Part shown: in pieces, positions 30,595 through 44,210 of the stretch
How the letters are laid out: each line of letters starts with the position of its first letter
Numbering within the stretch: position 1 is the stretch's first letter
Assembly: GCA_963814375.1 (NCBI GenBank)
Contig: CAWFCQ010000003.1
Location: forward strand, 160,001 to 224,000
Length of the DNA: 64,000 nucleotides
Direction of reading: 5' to 3'
DNA from: an uncultured Chloroflexia bacterium
GTDB taxonomy: Bacteria; Chloroflexota; Limnocylindria; QHBO01
Notes under the pieces: model-generated
Told to the model about the DNA's origin: nothing
Databases searched by the model: none
The model's input: the letters and a program-made list of their open reading frames with translations, nothing else
Translations under genes and position numbers: made by a program

Positions 30595-30703
30595 CGATTC
30601 CCTCCACCTTGCGGAGATCGCGGGCCTCTCCGTGCCACACGATCGTTGCTCAACCATCCTAGCGAGCCGACCGGATATGGCAACCCCCCACGCTCGGCTC
30701 GAG

Positions 30704-30723
30704 CGTGGATAACGTGTGGAGAG
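30704..30723 (-). promoter_or_regulatory. Tandem DnaA-box-like sites
   Basis: CGTGGATAA (TTATCCACG, one mismatch) and TGTGGAGAG. Confidence 0.5.
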
Positions 30724-30932
30724 TTGGCTTGTTCTCGCCGACCGTCAGCGTGGCGCGCGTATGACAAACCGGTCACCCGCAGCCTTGACTGCTGCCCTGG
30801 TGGTCGTTAGCGGGATCCACGCCGTCAAGACCACATCCACGCTCATGATCAGCCCGCGAAAGCCGCTCAGAGCTCGCTAACGCGCACCAGACGCGCATTT
30901 TGGCAGGGTCCCGGTGGCCATCCCCTCTCACC

Positions 30933-31050
30933 GCCGATCTATCGGACAGAAATTCACATGAGCCACAGCTCCGGTGAAGGCATGGCTCACGTATCGGTCA
31001 ATCCTTCACGTGAGCAGGCGGGCTGGTGAAGTCCTGACCGATTTATCGGT
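30933..31050. repeat. Palindrome-array module B (3 units, 52-bp spacing)
   Basis: GCCGATCTATCGGA 30933, degenerate unit 30985, ACCGATTTATCGGT 31037; flanked by AATTCAC and GTGAAGTCCTG. Confidence 0.75.
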
Positions 31051-31051
31051 C

Positions 31052-31280
31052 CGCCGAGGCGGCGAGAACCCGGTCGACCGTCAGGTGCTGACGTGCGTCA
31101 CGGTTGGGCTCGGCAGCCGGTCCTGCGCGCCGCCGGGCAGAAGGGCCGGACTCGCAGCAATCACGCCAAGGCGGCGAGAATCCCATCGACCGTCAGGTGC
31201 CGATGCGGGTCACGGTTGGGCTCGGCAGCCGGTCCTGCCCGCCCGCCGGGCAGGCCGGGCGGACGAGCCTCCCCACGCCC
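31052..31280. repeat. 112-bp-period tandem duplication containing the hairpin element (partial copy 31102-31150, full copy 31214-31276)
   Basis: GGCGAGAA...TCGACCGTCAGGTGC...GTCACGGTTGGGCTCGGCAGCCGGTCCTGC occurs at 31061 and 31173. Confidence 0.85.
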
Positions 31281-31299
31281 TACATCTACCCCTGAGCGA

Positions 31300-34170
31300 T
31301 CAGGCCCCGTGGCACTTCTTGTACTTCTTGCCGGACCCGCACCAGCAGGGCTCGTTGCGTCCGAGCTTGGGTCCGGCGCGGACCGGCTCGCGCGCTCCGC
31401 CGTTCTCGCCGTTGCCGCCCGGCGAGCTCGCCTCGACCGGCTCGGTTCCACCAACCGGCGCGCGACCCTCGGTGACGTTGCGCGCGACGGCGTGCTGGTG
31501 GGGCTGCTGCTGGACGCTGACCCGGAAGATCGTGTGAGTCACGTCGTGGCGGATGGTCGACTTGAGCTCGTCGAACATCCGATAGGCCTCGATCTTGAAC
31601 TCGTTCAGCGGATCGCGCTGCGAGTACGCCCGCAGGCCGATGCCGCGGCGCATGTCGTCCACCGCGGTGAGGTGCTCGACCCACAGCGAATCGATCACGC
31701 GCAGGAGCACCAGGCGCTCGAGCACGCCGATGCCGGTATCGCCGGTCGAGGTGCGCTTCGACTCGTACCGCTCGCGGACGAGCTCCGTCAGCTGCTGGGT
31801 GATCGCCTCCGGATCGCGGAGCTCGTCGAGCGGCCGCAGGTCGGCGGCGGTAAGGGTGGGAACCATCGTGGTGAGCTGCGTGCGCAGGCCCTCGAGATTC
31901 CAGTCGTCGGCGTGATCGGCGGCCGTGTGCTCACTGACGAGTGCCGCCACCTCGTCGTCGAGCATCGCCTCGACCGTCGGACCGAGATTGGACGAGCGCA
32001 GGATGCGGTCGCGCTCGCGGTAGATCGTCTCGCGCTGCCGATTGATGACGTCGTCGTACTCCACGACATGCTTGCGCGTGTCGAAGTTGTAGCCCTCGAC
32101 CCGAGACTGGGCACTCTCGATGGTGCGGGTCACCATCTTCGATTCGAGCGCGACGTCATCGGTGAAGCCGAGCGTGCGCATGAGCCCCTGCACCCGGTCG
32201 TTGGCGAACCGGCGCATGAGGTCATCCTCGAGGCTGAGGTAGAAGCGGGACGAGCCGGGATCTCCCTGGCGACCTGCACGGCCACGCAGCTGGTTGTCGA
32301 TGCGCCGAGCCTCGTGGCGCTCCGTTCCGACGATGTGCAGCCCGCCGGCGGCGACCACGCGCTCACGCTCCTCGGCAGTGATCGCCTCCGCCTCCGCCAG
32401 GGCCGCGGCGTATTCCTCGGGGCTGGCGTCGATGACCGTGGTGCCCTTCTTGTGGAGCAGCTCGGCGGCCATCACGTCGGGGTTGCCCCCGAGGAGGATG
32501 TCGGTCCCGCGGCCGGCCATGTTCGTCGAGATGGTCACCGCGCCCGGGCGACCGGCCTGTGCGACGACCTCGGCCTCCTTCTCATGGAGCTTGGCGTTCA
32601 GGACGTTGTGCTTGATGCCGCGCCGCTTGAGCATCTCGCCGAGCATCTCGCTGATCTCGACGCTGACGGTGCCGACGAGGACGGGTCGGCCCCTCTCGTG
32701 CTCCTCGACGATCTCGTCGATGACGGCGTTCCACTTGCCGCTCTGCTTGGCGTACACGAGATCGGCGAAGTCGTTGCGGATCATGTCGCGGTGGGTCGGG
32801 ATGACCACGACCTCGAGGCCGTAGATCTTGTGGAATTCCTCGGCCTCGGTCTCGGCCGTGCCGGTCATCCCGGCCAGCTTGTCGTACATGCGGAAGTAGT
32901 TCTGGAAGGTGACGGTCGCGAGCGTGCGCTGCTCGTTGCGGATCGCCACCCGCTCCTTGGCCTCGACCGCCTGATGCAGGCCCTCCGACCATCGGCGTCC
33001 GGGCATGAGGCGCCCGGTGAACTCGTCCACGATCACGACCTCGCCGTCCTTGACGACGTAGTCACGGTCGAGCTTGTAGAGGACCTCCGCCTTCAACGCC
33101 TGCTCGAGGTGACGGGCCAGGCTGAAGTCGTCGGCGAACATGTTCTCGACGCCGAGCCAGCCCTCCATCTTGTCCGTGCCGGCCTCGGTGATCGCGACCT
33201 GCTTGAACTTCTCGTCGACGATGTAGTCCTCTTCGGCCTTCAGCCGTGGGACGAGGCCGGCGAACTGGATGTACTTGTCGGCCGACTCCTCGGCATTGCC
33301 GCTGATGATCAGCGGCGTCCGCGCCTCGTCGATGAGGATGTTGTCGACCTCGTCGACGATCGCGTAGAAATGCCCGCGCTGCGCGCGCCCGGCCAGCTCG
33401 ACGACGAGGTTGTCACGCAGGAAGTCGAAGCCGAACTCGTTGTTCGTGCCGTAGGTGACGTCCGCGGCGTAGGCCTCCTGCCGCGTGACCGGGCGCAGAT
33501 CGCGCAGCCGCTCATCGGTGGCGGGGAAGTCGGGGTCGAAGACGAACGCTCCCTCGTGCTGGATCGAGCCGACGCTCATCCCGAGCCGATGGAAGACGGC
33601 GCCGATCCATTGTGCGTCGCGCTTGGCGAGGTAGTCGTTGACGGTGATGACGTGGACGCCCCTGCCCACGAGCGCGTTGAGGTAGGCGGCCAGCGGTCCG
33701 ACGAACGTCTTTCCCTCGCCGGTGCGCTGCTCGGCGATCGCCCCGCGGTGCAGCACGATCCCGCCCATCAGCTGCACGTCGTAGTGGCGCTTTCCAAGAG
33801 CGCGCACCATCGCCTCTCGGACCGATGCGAACGCCTCCGGCAGCACACCGTCCAGCGCCTCGTTGATGCGCTTCAGCTCGCGCTCGCGCTGCTGCTTCAG
33901 CTCGTCTGCCAGCTGTGCCGGATCGGCGCCGGCCAGCGCGGACTCGCTGGCGTCCTCGTCGGGGTCGGTCTCGCGCAGCTCGATCGGCGTGAGGATGTCG
34001 CCGATCTCGTCGCGCAGGCGCGCGCGCAGCGTATCGGTCCGTGCCGCCAGCTCGGCGTCGGTGAGGGCCTGGATCTCGGGTTCGAGAGCGGTGATGCGCT
34101 CGACGATCGGCTCGAGCGCGCGGACCTCGCGCTCGTTTGAGTCCCCCAGGCGGGACAGGAACTTGAACAT
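31300..34170 (-). CDS. secA: Preprotein translocase ATPase SecA
   Basis: [37 protein letters not shown] and [23 protein letters not shown]. Confidence 0.98.
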   Translation of the reverse strand: MFKFLSRLGDSNEREVRALEPIVERITALEPEIQALTDAELAARTDTLRARLRDEIGDILTPIELRETDPDEDASESALAGADPAQLADELKQQRERELKRINEALDGVLPEAFASVREAMVRALGKRHYDVQLMGGIVLHRGAIAEQRTGEGKTFVGPLAAYLNALVGRGVHVITVNDYLAKRDAQWIGAVFHRLGMSVGSIQHEGAFVFDPDFPATDERLRDLRPVTRQEAYAADVTYGTNNEFGFDFLRDNLVVELAGRAQRGHFYAIVDEVDNILIDEARTPLIISGNAEESADKYIQFAGLVPRLKAEEDYIVDEKFKQVAITEAGTDKMEGWLGVENMFADDFSLARHLEQALKAEVLYKLDRDYVVKDGEVVIVDEFTGRLMPGRRWSEGLHQAVEAKERVAIRNEQRTLATVTFQNYFRMYDKLAGMTGTAETEAEEFHKIYGLEVVVIPTHRDMIRNDFADLVYAKQSGKWNAVIDEIVEEHERGRPVLVGTVSVEISEMLGEMLKRRGIKHNVLNAKLHEKEAEVVAQAGRPGAVTISTNMAGRGTDILLGGNPDVMAAELLHKKGTTVIDASPEEYAAALAEAEAITAEERERVVAAGGLHIVGTERHEARRIDNQLRGRAGRQGDPGSSRFYLSLEDDLMRRFANDRVQGLMRTLGFTDDVALESKMVTRTIESAQSRVEGYNFDTRKHVVEYDDVINRQRETIYRERDRILRSSNLGPTVEAMLDDEVAALVSEHTAADHADDWNLEGLRTQLTTMVPTLTAADLRPLDELRDPEAITQQLTELVRERYESKRTSTGDTGIGVLERLVLLRVIDSLWVEHLTAVDDMRRGIGLRAYSQRDPLNEFKIEAYRMFDELKSTIRHDVTHTIFRVSVQQQPHQHAVARNVTEGRAPVGGTEPVEASSPGGNGENGGAREPVRAGPKLGRNEPCWCGSGKKYKKCHGA

Positions 34171-34216
34171 CGGGCGGCGAGTATAGCCCGATGCGCCGCG
34201 GGCTCCCGGAGCGGCC

Positions 34217-35167
34217 CTAGCCGGCCTCCGCCATCGGCTTCACCTCGCCGATCCAGCGCTCGAGCGTCTCGTCGTCGTACGGCGCGGCCATCTCGGCCAG
34301 GAAGGTGCCAAAGCCGATCTCCTGCCGCTCGATCATCTTGGCCGCGACCTGCTCCGCCGTCCCGACCCAGAAGGTGTCGTCGTCCTCGACGTCCGCCATG
34401 GGCGTCCGGTTGTGGGACATCTGCGCCTCCCACACCCGGCGCGCCTCGTCCTCCGTGTCGCGGATGATCGGCTTGCATCCGGCGGTCCAGGTGATCTCGG
34501 CCGGGTCGCGCCCGACCTCCTCGCAGTGCCGCCGTAGCACCTCGCCCTTGTGGCGCAGCTTCTCGACGCTGCCCATCGCGTTCCACTGGTCGGCGTAGCG
34601 CGCGACGGTGCGGAGCGTCTTCTTCTCGCCCGACCCGCCGATCATGATCGGCAGGTGCTCCTGCGCCGGCGGTGGCAAGAGCCGCAGGCCCGCGAACTGG
34701 TACCGGCCGTCGGGCACGGACGTAACGGCCTCGCCATCGAAGAGGGCGCGGAGCCCGGCGACCGACTCATCGAGCCAGTCGAGGCGCTGCCCGAAACCCG
34801 TCCCGAATTCGATGCCGTGCTCGGTGTGCTCCTGCTCGAACCACGCACCGCCGATGCCGCAGATCGCCCGCCCGCCGCTGAGATGGTCGATCGTCGTGAT
34901 TGTCTTGGCCACCAGCCCGGGGTTGCGGAAGGTGTTGGCGCCGACGAGAAGGCCGAGCCGAACCCGTGACGTCACCTTCGCCCACGCCGCCAGCGTCGTG
35001 TAGCCCTCGAAGATCGGCTGGTACGGGTCGCCGAAGATCGCGTAGAGATGGTCCCAGGTCCAGAGCGAGTCGTAGCCCAGCTCGTCGACCTTCACGGCCG
35101 CGCGCTCGAAGCCGTCCCAGTCGGTGGCCTGGCTCCAGAGGAGGACGCCCAGCTTCACGTCAGCCAT
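34217..35167 (-). CDS. LLM-class (luciferase-like, probably F420-dependent) oxidoreductase
   Basis: [34 protein letters not shown] and [14 protein letters not shown]. Confidence 0.9.
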   Translation of the reverse strand: MADVKLGVLLWSQATDWDGFERAAVKVDELGYDSLWTWDHLYAIFGDPYQPIFEGYTTLAAWAKVTSRVRLGLLVGANTFRNPGLVAKTITTIDHLSGGRAICGIGGAWFEQEHTEHGIEFGTGFGQRLDWLDESVAGLRALFDGEAVTSVPDGRYQFAGLRLLPPPAQEHLPIMIGGSGEKKTLRTVARYADQWNAMGSVEKLRHKGEVLRRHCEEVGRDPAEITWTAGCKPIIRDTEDEARRVWEAQMSHNRTPMADVEDDDTFWVGTAEQVAAKMIERQEIGFGTFLAEMAAPYDDETLERWIGEVKPMAEAG

Positions 35168-35168
35168 G

Positions 35169-36206
35169 TCAGGTGTTGGCCACGCCTACGCGAAAGGGCT
35201 CTCGCTCGGGCTCATCTTCCGCCCCTTCGTCCCAGAAGGTCATCTCCTCGACCATGCGGACCTCGGAGCTGAAGAGGGCACCGACGCTCTCGCCGCGGTG
35301 GATGCGCTTGATGGCCTCGCCGAAGAGCGGCGCCACCGAGAGGACGGTGATGCGCGGGTCGTTGGCGCCAGGCGGGAGGGGTACGGTGTCGGTGACGACG
35401 ATCTCGGTGATCGGGCTCTCGGCGATCTTCTCCAGGGCCGCACCGGAGAAGACGCCGTGGGTCGCGCACGAGTAGATGTCACCCGTTCCGGCGGCCTTGA
35501 GCGCGCCCACCGCCTCGAGCAGCGATCCGGCGGTGTCGATCTCGTCGTCGATCACCACCGCCGTCTTCCCGCCGACCTCGCCGATGATGTTCATCACCTC
35601 GGTGCGGTCGTCGTTGCCGAGACGGCGCTTCTCGACGATCGCCAGCGGCGCCTGGAGCAGCTCGGCGAAGTTGCGGGCCTTCTTGGCGAAGCCGAGCTCG
35701 CTCACGACCACGACGTCGTCGAGCTCCTTGGCCTTGATGTGCGCGCAGATGAGGTTGACCGCGGTTAGCTCGTCGACCGGGATGCTGAAGAAGCCCTGGA
35801 TCTGGCCCTGGTGGAGGTCCATGGTCAGGACCCGGTCCGCTCCGGCGACCGTCAGCATGTCCGCGATGAGGCGGGCCGTGATCGGCACCCTGGGCTGGTC
35901 CTTCTTGTCGGACCGACCGTAGCTGTAGTACGGAATGACGGCGGTGATCCGCCCGGCCGATGCCCGCTTGAAGGCGTCGATCATGATCAGCAGCTCCATG
36001 ATCGACTGGTTCACCGGGCGGCTCGTCGGCTGCACGAGAAAGACGTCCTGCTCGCGGACGTTCTCCATGACCCGCACGAAGATGTTCTCGTTGGCGAACT
36101 GGAAGACCTCGACCGCGCCCAGGTCGGTCTTCAGGTACCGGCAGATGCGCTCGGCCAGGGGGCGGTTGGCGTTGCCGGCGTAGAGGCTGAACTCGTCGGC
36201 GTACAC
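35169..36206 (-). CDS. prs: Ribose-phosphate pyrophosphokinase
   Basis: ITAVIPYYSYGRSDKK, DLHQGQIQGFF, IDDEIDTAGS and ATHGVFS. Confidence 0.95.
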   Translation of the reverse strand: MYADEFSLYAGNANRPLAERICRYLKTDLGAVEVFQFANENIFVRVMENVREQDVFLVQPTSRPVNQSIMELLIMIDAFKRASAGRITAVIPYYSYGRSDKKDQPRVPITARLIADMLTVAGADRVLTMDLHQGQIQGFFSIPVDELTAVNLICAHIKAKELDDVVVVSELGFAKKARNFAELLQAPLAIVEKRRLGNDDRTEVMNIIGEVGGKTAVVIDDEIDTAGSLLEAVGALKAAGTGDIYSCATHGVFSGAALEKIAESPITEIVVTDTVPLPPGANDPRITVLSVAPLFGEAIKRIHRGESVGALFSSEVRMVEEMTFWDEGAEDEPEREPFRVGVANT

Positions 36207-36367
36207 GTCGTCTCCTGCGGCGCGGGTCAGGCCCGCCGATTCTACCGGACCCCGATCCCGCCAATGCCAGGAACGCGCCTTAGCTCACGCCGCCATTGGC
36301 GACGCCCACCTGCGGTCACCAGAACCCACCCCAGACCCAGGAACGTGTCGGACCCGAGATGGTCCGT

Positions 36368-36431
36368 GGTTGGGCGGCGCAGCCGGTCCCGCCGGTTCCA
36401 CCCGGCGGGCCGGGCGGAGCCGCCTCCCCAC
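36368..36431. repeat. Hairpin element copy, 4 nt after the gyrA stop
   Basis: GGTTGGGCGGCGCAGCCGGTCCCGCCGG-TTCCAC-CCGGCGGGCCGGGCGGAGCCGCCTCCCCAC, homologous to 31214-31276. Confidence 0.8.
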
Positions 36432-36435
36432 ATAC

Positions 36436-38946
36436 TTACTCGCCCTCGACAAGCTCCTCGGGCGGCCGATTGTCGACGAAGACGGTGATCGAGACGATCC
36501 GATCGTCGTCCTGCGGCTTCATGACGGTGACCCCGCGCGAGGCGCGGCGATAGCGATTGATGCCGCCGACCTCGGTCCGCAGGATGGTGCCGAGCTCGGT
36601 GATGAGCATGAGCTCCTCCTCCTCGCGCCCGACGATCCGGATCGCGGCGACGGGGCCCGTGTCGGCGTTCAGCGAGTTGGCGATCACACCCCCGGTGGCG
36701 CGGTGCTTCACGGGGAAGTCGGAGACGTCGGTCCGCTTGCCAAATCCCTGCTCGGTGACCACGAGGAGCTGCTGCTCGAGGTGCTCGACGACCTCCATGC
36801 CGATGACCTCGTCGTCGCCCTTGAGCCGGATTGCGGCCACGCCCTGGGTCCCGCGCCCGAGCGGCCGGACCTCGGTCTCCCGGAACCGCGCCGCCTGGCC
36901 GTTCTTCGTGGCAACGATGATGTCGTTCTGGCCGTCGCTGAGGCCGACCCACTGAAGCTCGTCGCCGTCGGTGAGGTTGATGGCGATCAGGCCGTTGGCC
37001 CTGATCTTCGCGTACTCGGCCAGCGAGGTCTTCTTGATCTTTCCCTGTCGCGTGGCCATGACCAGGTATATGTCGGGCTCGAACTGCGGCAGGCTGATGA
37101 TTGCGCTGACGTACTCCCGCTGCTCCACCTGGACGCCGGGCAGGTTGATGATGGGCAGGCCCTTCGCCTGGCGTGATGCATCGGGCAGCGTGTGGACCTT
37201 GGTGATGAAGACGCGCCCGCGGTTGGTGAAGAAGAGGATGTTGTCGTGGGTGTTCGCGACCACGAGGTGGCGAACCGCGTCCTCCTCGCGGGTGAGCATG
37301 GCGAGCTTGCCGCGGCCGCCGCGCCGCTGGGACCGGAAGGTGCCGATCGGCTGGCGCTTGATGTAGCCACGCTGGCTGAGGGTGACCACGACGTCCTCTG
37401 CGAGGACGAGGTCCTCCGCCGTCAGCTCGCGGTTCGCATCGGCCTGGATGCGCGTCTTGCGCTCGTCGCCGTAGCGCTTGACGAGGTCGCCCAGCTCGTC
37501 CTTGATGACGAGCAGGATCTTGCGCGGATTGCCGAGGAGGTCCTCCAGCTCGCTGATCAGCTGGATGATCGCCTTGTACTCGTCCTCGATCTTCTTGCGC
37601 TCGAGGGCGGCCAGGCGACGGAGCTGCATCTCCAGGATCGCGTTGGCCTGCACCTCGGTGAGCTCGAAGCGCTTCATGAGCGCCGATCGCGCGGCCTCGA
37701 CGTCCGCCGCGGCACGGATGGTGGCGATGACCTCGTCGAGGTTGTCGAGCGCGATCTTCAGGCCCTCGAGGATGTGGGCGCGCTCCTGGGCACGAGCGAG
37801 GTCGAACTCGGTGCGTCGACGCACCACGTCGCGTCGGTAGCTGATGTAGTGCTCCAGCATCTTCTTGAGGCCGAGCGTCTGGGGCTGACCGTCGACCAGC
37901 GCCAGCATGTTTGCGCTGAAGCTCGTCTGGAGCGCCGTGTGCTTGAAGAGCTGCTGCATGACGGTGTGCGGCGAGCCGTCGCGCTTGACCTCCACAACGA
38001 TCCGCATGCCGTCCCTGTCGCTTTCGTCGCGAATGTCGCGAACATCGGTGATTTTCTTGGAGGCGACGAGGTCTGCCATCTTCTCGATGAGCGTGGACTT
38101 GTTGACCTGGTAGGGCAGCTCGGTGACCACGACCGCCATGCCCCCGCGAATCTCCTCGAAGGCGACCTGCCCGCGTACGACGATGCGGCCCCTGCCCGTG
38201 GCGTACAGGTGCCGGATCGCATCGATCCGCTCCTTCTCCCCACTGAGCGGGTTCCGCTGCTCCTCGAATCGGAAGATCGTGCCGCCCGTCGGGAAGTCCG
38301 GGCCGGTCACGATCTCGCAGAGGTCGTCCACGCTCATCTCCGGGTTGTCGATGAGCGCGTTGATCGCGTCGCAGATCTCGTTGAGGTGGTGGGGCGGGAT
38401 GTTGGTGGCCATCCCGACCGCGATGCCGGACGAGCCGTTGACGAGAAGGTTGGGCAGCTTCGAGGGCAGGACGGTGGGCTGGCGCAGCCGGCCGTCGTAG
38501 TTATCGACGAAGTCGACCGTCTCCTTCTCGATATCGGCCAGCATCTCGTCGGTGATCGAGGCCATCCGCGCCTCGGTGTAGCGCATCGCGGCGGGCGGGT
38601 CGCCGTCGACCGATCCGAAGTTGCCCTGACCGTCGACGAGGGGATAGCGCAGGCTGAAGTCCTGGGCCATGCGGACCAGCGTCTCGTACAGGGCGAGGTC
38701 TCCGTGGGGGTGGTACTTGGCCATCGCCTCGCCCACGACCCCGGCGCACTTCCGGTAGGCGGCGGTCGAGCGCAGCCCCATCTCGTGCATCGTGTACAGG
38801 ATTCGCCGATGGACCGGCTTCAGGCCGTCGCGCACGTCCGGCAGCGCGCGAGCCACGATGACGCTCATCGCGTAGTCGATGTACGCGGTGCGCATCTCGT
38901 CCTCGATCGCGACGGCTCGGACGTTACCGATGCGGTCCATCTCCAT
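36436..38946 (-). CDS. gyrA: DNA gyrase subunit A
   Basis: [29 protein letters not shown] and the GyrA-box QRRGGRG. Confidence 0.97.
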   Translation of the reverse strand: MEMDRIGNVRAVAIEDEMRTAYIDYAMSVIVARALPDVRDGLKPVHRRILYTMHEMGLRSTAAYRKCAGVVGEAMAKYHPHGDLALYETLVRMAQDFSLRYPLVDGQGNFGSVDGDPPAAMRYTEARMASITDEMLADIEKETVDFVDNYDGRLRQPTVLPSKLPNLLVNGSSGIAVGMATNIPPHHLNEICDAINALIDNPEMSVDDLCEIVTGPDFPTGGTIFRFEEQRNPLSGEKERIDAIRHLYATGRGRIVVRGQVAFEEIRGGMAVVVTELPYQVNKSTLIEKMADLVASKKITDVRDIRDESDRDGMRIVVEVKRDGSPHTVMQQLFKHTALQTSFSANMLALVDGQPQTLGLKKMLEHYISYRRDVVRRRTEFDLARAQERAHILEGLKIALDNLDEVIATIRAAADVEAARSALMKRFELTEVQANAILEMQLRRLAALERKKIEDEYKAIIQLISELEDLLGNPRKILLVIKDELGDLVKRYGDERKTRIQADANRELTAEDLVLAEDVVVTLSQRGYIKRQPIGTFRSQRRGGRGKLAMLTREEDAVRHLVVANTHDNILFFTNRGRVFITKVHTLPDASRQAKGLPIINLPGVQVEQREYVSAIISLPQFEPDIYLVMATRQGKIKKTSLAEYAKIRANGLIAINLTDGDELQWVGLSDGQNDIIVATKNGQAARFRETEVRPLGRGTQGVAAIRLKGDDEVIGMEVVEHLEQQLLVVTEQGFGKRTDVSDFPVKHRATGGVIANSLNADTGPVAAIRIVGREEEELMLITELGTILRTEVGGINRYRRASRGVTVMKPQDDDRIVSITVFVDNRPPEELVEGE

Positions 38947-39008
38947 GTCCGGCTAGGTCCTCGTCACTGTTCTTGGTGTCGCGTTCGTCGCGTGCGTCGC
39001 ATGTGCCG

Positions 39009-39524
39009 TCATTCGCCTGCCGTTCCCGGCGCCAGGCCGTATCGGTCCTTGAGCTCGGACTTCTGGGAGGGCGTCGCTCCGAGGTACCGTCCGTGGCCCT
39101 CGGCGATGAGCCGCCCGTCGGCACCTCGGACTTCGCCGGCGACCTCGTAGATGCGGCGACGGCGCTCAGTGACGTGCCCGGTCGCGGTGAGCAGCTCGCC
39201 GGGATTGGCCGGGGATCGATAGCGGACCGTCATCTCCGCCGTGACCGCCCACGAGTCGAAGCTGGAGGGCGCCCACGCCATCACCTCGTCGAGCATGGTG
39301 GCGATGATGCCGCCGTGGACCTTGTCGCTCCAGCCGACGTAGTCGTCACCGGCCTGCCACGACGTTCGCGCCGTGCCCTCGCCCAGCTCGATGTGGAGGC
39401 GCATCCCGATCGGGTTGTCCCCACCGCAGGCAAAGCAATTGTGATCGGCGAACGCGTAGCGCCGGCCTTCGTTGTCGACGATGGCCTCGCTGTTGCCGAT
39501 GCTCCGGCCGCGCTTGGCATCCAT
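39009..39524 (-). CDS. PaaI-family (hotdog fold) thioesterase
   Basis: CFACGGDNPIG, VHGGIIATMLDEVM and VTAEMTVRYR. Confidence 0.88.
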   Translation of the reverse strand: MDAKRGRSIGNSEAIVDNEGRRYAFADHNCFACGGDNPIGMRLHIELGEGTARTSWQAGDDYVGWSDKVHGGIIATMLDEVMAWAPSSFDSWAVTAEMTVRYRSPANPGELLTATGHVTERRRRIYEVAGEVRGADGRLIAEGHGRYLGATPSQKSELKDRYGLAPGTAGE

Positions 39525-39526
39525 GG

Positions 39527-39778
39527 TTACCAGGGGTTGTCTCCCTCTTCGGCGTCGTACTCGTCCGATCCCCACTCATCGTCATCCGACCGCCGCAGGC
39601 ATTCGTTGGCGATGGCCAGCGCGAATGCGTGGCTGACCGCGTACGAGTCGCGGAGCATGTTGACCGCCTCGCGGCGATCGCCGACACCGTTGGCCTCGAG
39701 GAGCTCGCACCATTCATCCAGGCTGCGGCCCGTCTTCTGGGCCACCTGCCGAATGTCGGCGGCGTGTCGTGATGGCAT
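39527..39778 (-). CDS. Small DUF4287-like protein with acidic tail
   Basis: VAQKTGRSLDEW...AVNMLRDSYAVSHAFALAIA pattern; co-oriented between gyrB and the thioesterase gene. Confidence 0.6.
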   Translation of the reverse strand: MPSRHAADIRQVAQKTGRSLDEWCELLEANGVGDRREAVNMLRDSYAVSHAFALAIANECLRRSDDDEWGSDEYDAEEGDNPW

Positions 39779-39811
39779 CGCTGCTGTCGCCTCTCTCGTG
39801 TCGGTTCCGAC

Positions 39812-42721
<2,910 letters not shown>

Positions 42722-42729
<8 letters not shown>

Positions 42730-43483
42730 GGGCCATGACCTCCCCCGCGAGCGCCGAGTAGGCGTGCGCGCCGCGCGACTTCGGGTCGTAAAGGGCGATC
42801 GGCAGTCCATGGCTCGGTGCCTCGGAGAGGCGGATCGAGCGTGGGACGACCGTCTCGTAGACGGTCCCATTCATGTGCCGTCGCACCTCGGATGCGACCT
42901 GGGCCGAGAGATTGGTGCGTGCGTCGTACATCGTCAGGACGACGCCCTCGATCTCGAGGCGGGGATTGAGGCCCTCTCGGACCCGTCGAATCGTGTTCAC
43001 CAGCTGGCTCAGGCCCTCCAGGGCGTAATACTCGGTCTGGATCGGGATCAGCACGCCGTCCGCCGCCGTCAGCGCGTTGAGCGTCAGCAGCCCGAGCGAC
43101 GGGGGACAGTCGATGAGGATTCGTTCGTATTGGCCATTCAGCTCGGCCAGGCCCGCCGCCAGGCGGCGTTCCCGGGCCGATGCGCCCACGAGCTCAACTT
43201 CCGCTCCCGACAGCGCCGTAGTCGATGGAACGAGGTGGAGGCCTTCGACCGGGGTCTCGACCACCAGCCCGCTCAACGGGACGCGGTCGACGAGAGCATC
43301 GTACGAGGACCGATCGACCGTGCGTCGGTCAACGCCGAGGCCGCTCGTGGCATTGCCCTGCGGGTCGAGATCGATGACGAGTGTTCGCGTGCCGGAGAGA
43401 GCGAGGTAGGCCGCCAGGTTGATGACCGTGGTCGTCTTGCCGACTCCGCCCTTCTGGTTCGTACAGGCCGTGACCCGGACCAC
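42722..43483 (-). CDS. parA: Chromosome partitioning ATPase ParA/Soj
   Basis: NQKGGVGKTTT, DLDPQGNATSGLG and IDCPPSLGLLT. Confidence 0.96.
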
Positions 43484-43582
43484 GAGCGCTCCGCTGTGAG
43501 TTCAGATGGGCACGTTCATTCTACCAGTTGCGGCGCTTACCGTTCGCTTATTGCGCGCTTACGGGCCGGCTTCGACGGGAAG

Positions 43583-43591
43583 TTATCCACA
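43583..43591 (+). promoter_or_regulatory. Perfect DnaA box upstream of parA
   Basis: TTATCCACA. Confidence 0.7.
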
Positions 43592-43599
43592 ATCGCGGA

Positions 43600-43615
43600 T
43601 GTTTCACGTGCTACA
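43600..43615. promoter_or_regulatory. parS: parS centromere-like site
   Basis: TGTTTCACGTGCTACA matches the TGTTTCACGTGAAACA consensus at 14/16 and lies upstream of parAB. Confidence 0.8.
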
Positions 43616-43689
43616 GCGGACATGGGCGCTGCGGCACCCGTCGCTCGACCTATACTGAGCCGCGCCGATCAGCACCAGAGCATCCCGGG

Positions 43690-44198
43690 GGCGCGACATC
43701 TCCTCCTATCTCAGCCCACTCCTCGCGGTCGTCCTCGGGATCGTCCACGCGGCGCTCGCTCCGGTCATCGTGATCGGCGGCGTGAAGCCGAACATCGTGC
43801 TCATCGGCGTCGTGTTCGTCACCTGCTTCGCCGGCTTCCTGCCCGGCATCACGTGGGCCTTCGTCGCCGGGCTCACCGCCAACCTGCTCGTTGGCGACCC
43901 GCTCGGCTCGATTCCCCTCGCGATGCTCATCGTTGCGGCAATGGTGGCCGGCGGGGCGCGGATCCTGGGCCGGATGGTGTGGATCTACCCGGTGGTCGCG
44001 ACGATGCTCGGATCGGTCGTGGCGGACCTCGTCATCCTGTTCATCGGCCAGTTGGTCGGCGACGTTGCGATCGGGGCGGTCCCGCTCGATCGGATCCTGG
44101 CGGCCGCGCTCCTCAACGGTGCCATAGCTGCGCTCGTCATCATTCCGATCCGGATCCTCACCGCGCGCTACGGTGCGGACGAGGCGGCCGCGTGGTGA
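43690..44198 (+). CDS. mreD: Rod shape-determining protein MreD (start uncertain)
   Basis: IGGVKPNIVLI and WAFVAGLTANLLVGDPLG; hydrophobic; upstream of mrdA. The frame stays open upstream of GTG 43770. Confidence 0.82.
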
Positions 44199-44210
44199 AG
44201 AGGCGCTGAT

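Noticed and set aside
31003-31018. Second parS-like site (CCTTCACGTGAGCA)
   Set aside because: Only the TCACGTGA core matches, and it lies inside repeat module B.
36368-36431. Hairpin element as a group II intron DV/DVI remnant, SRP RNA or rho-independent terminator
   Set aside because: It lacks the DV AGC/GNRA pattern, the SRP helix-8 motif and a U-tract.
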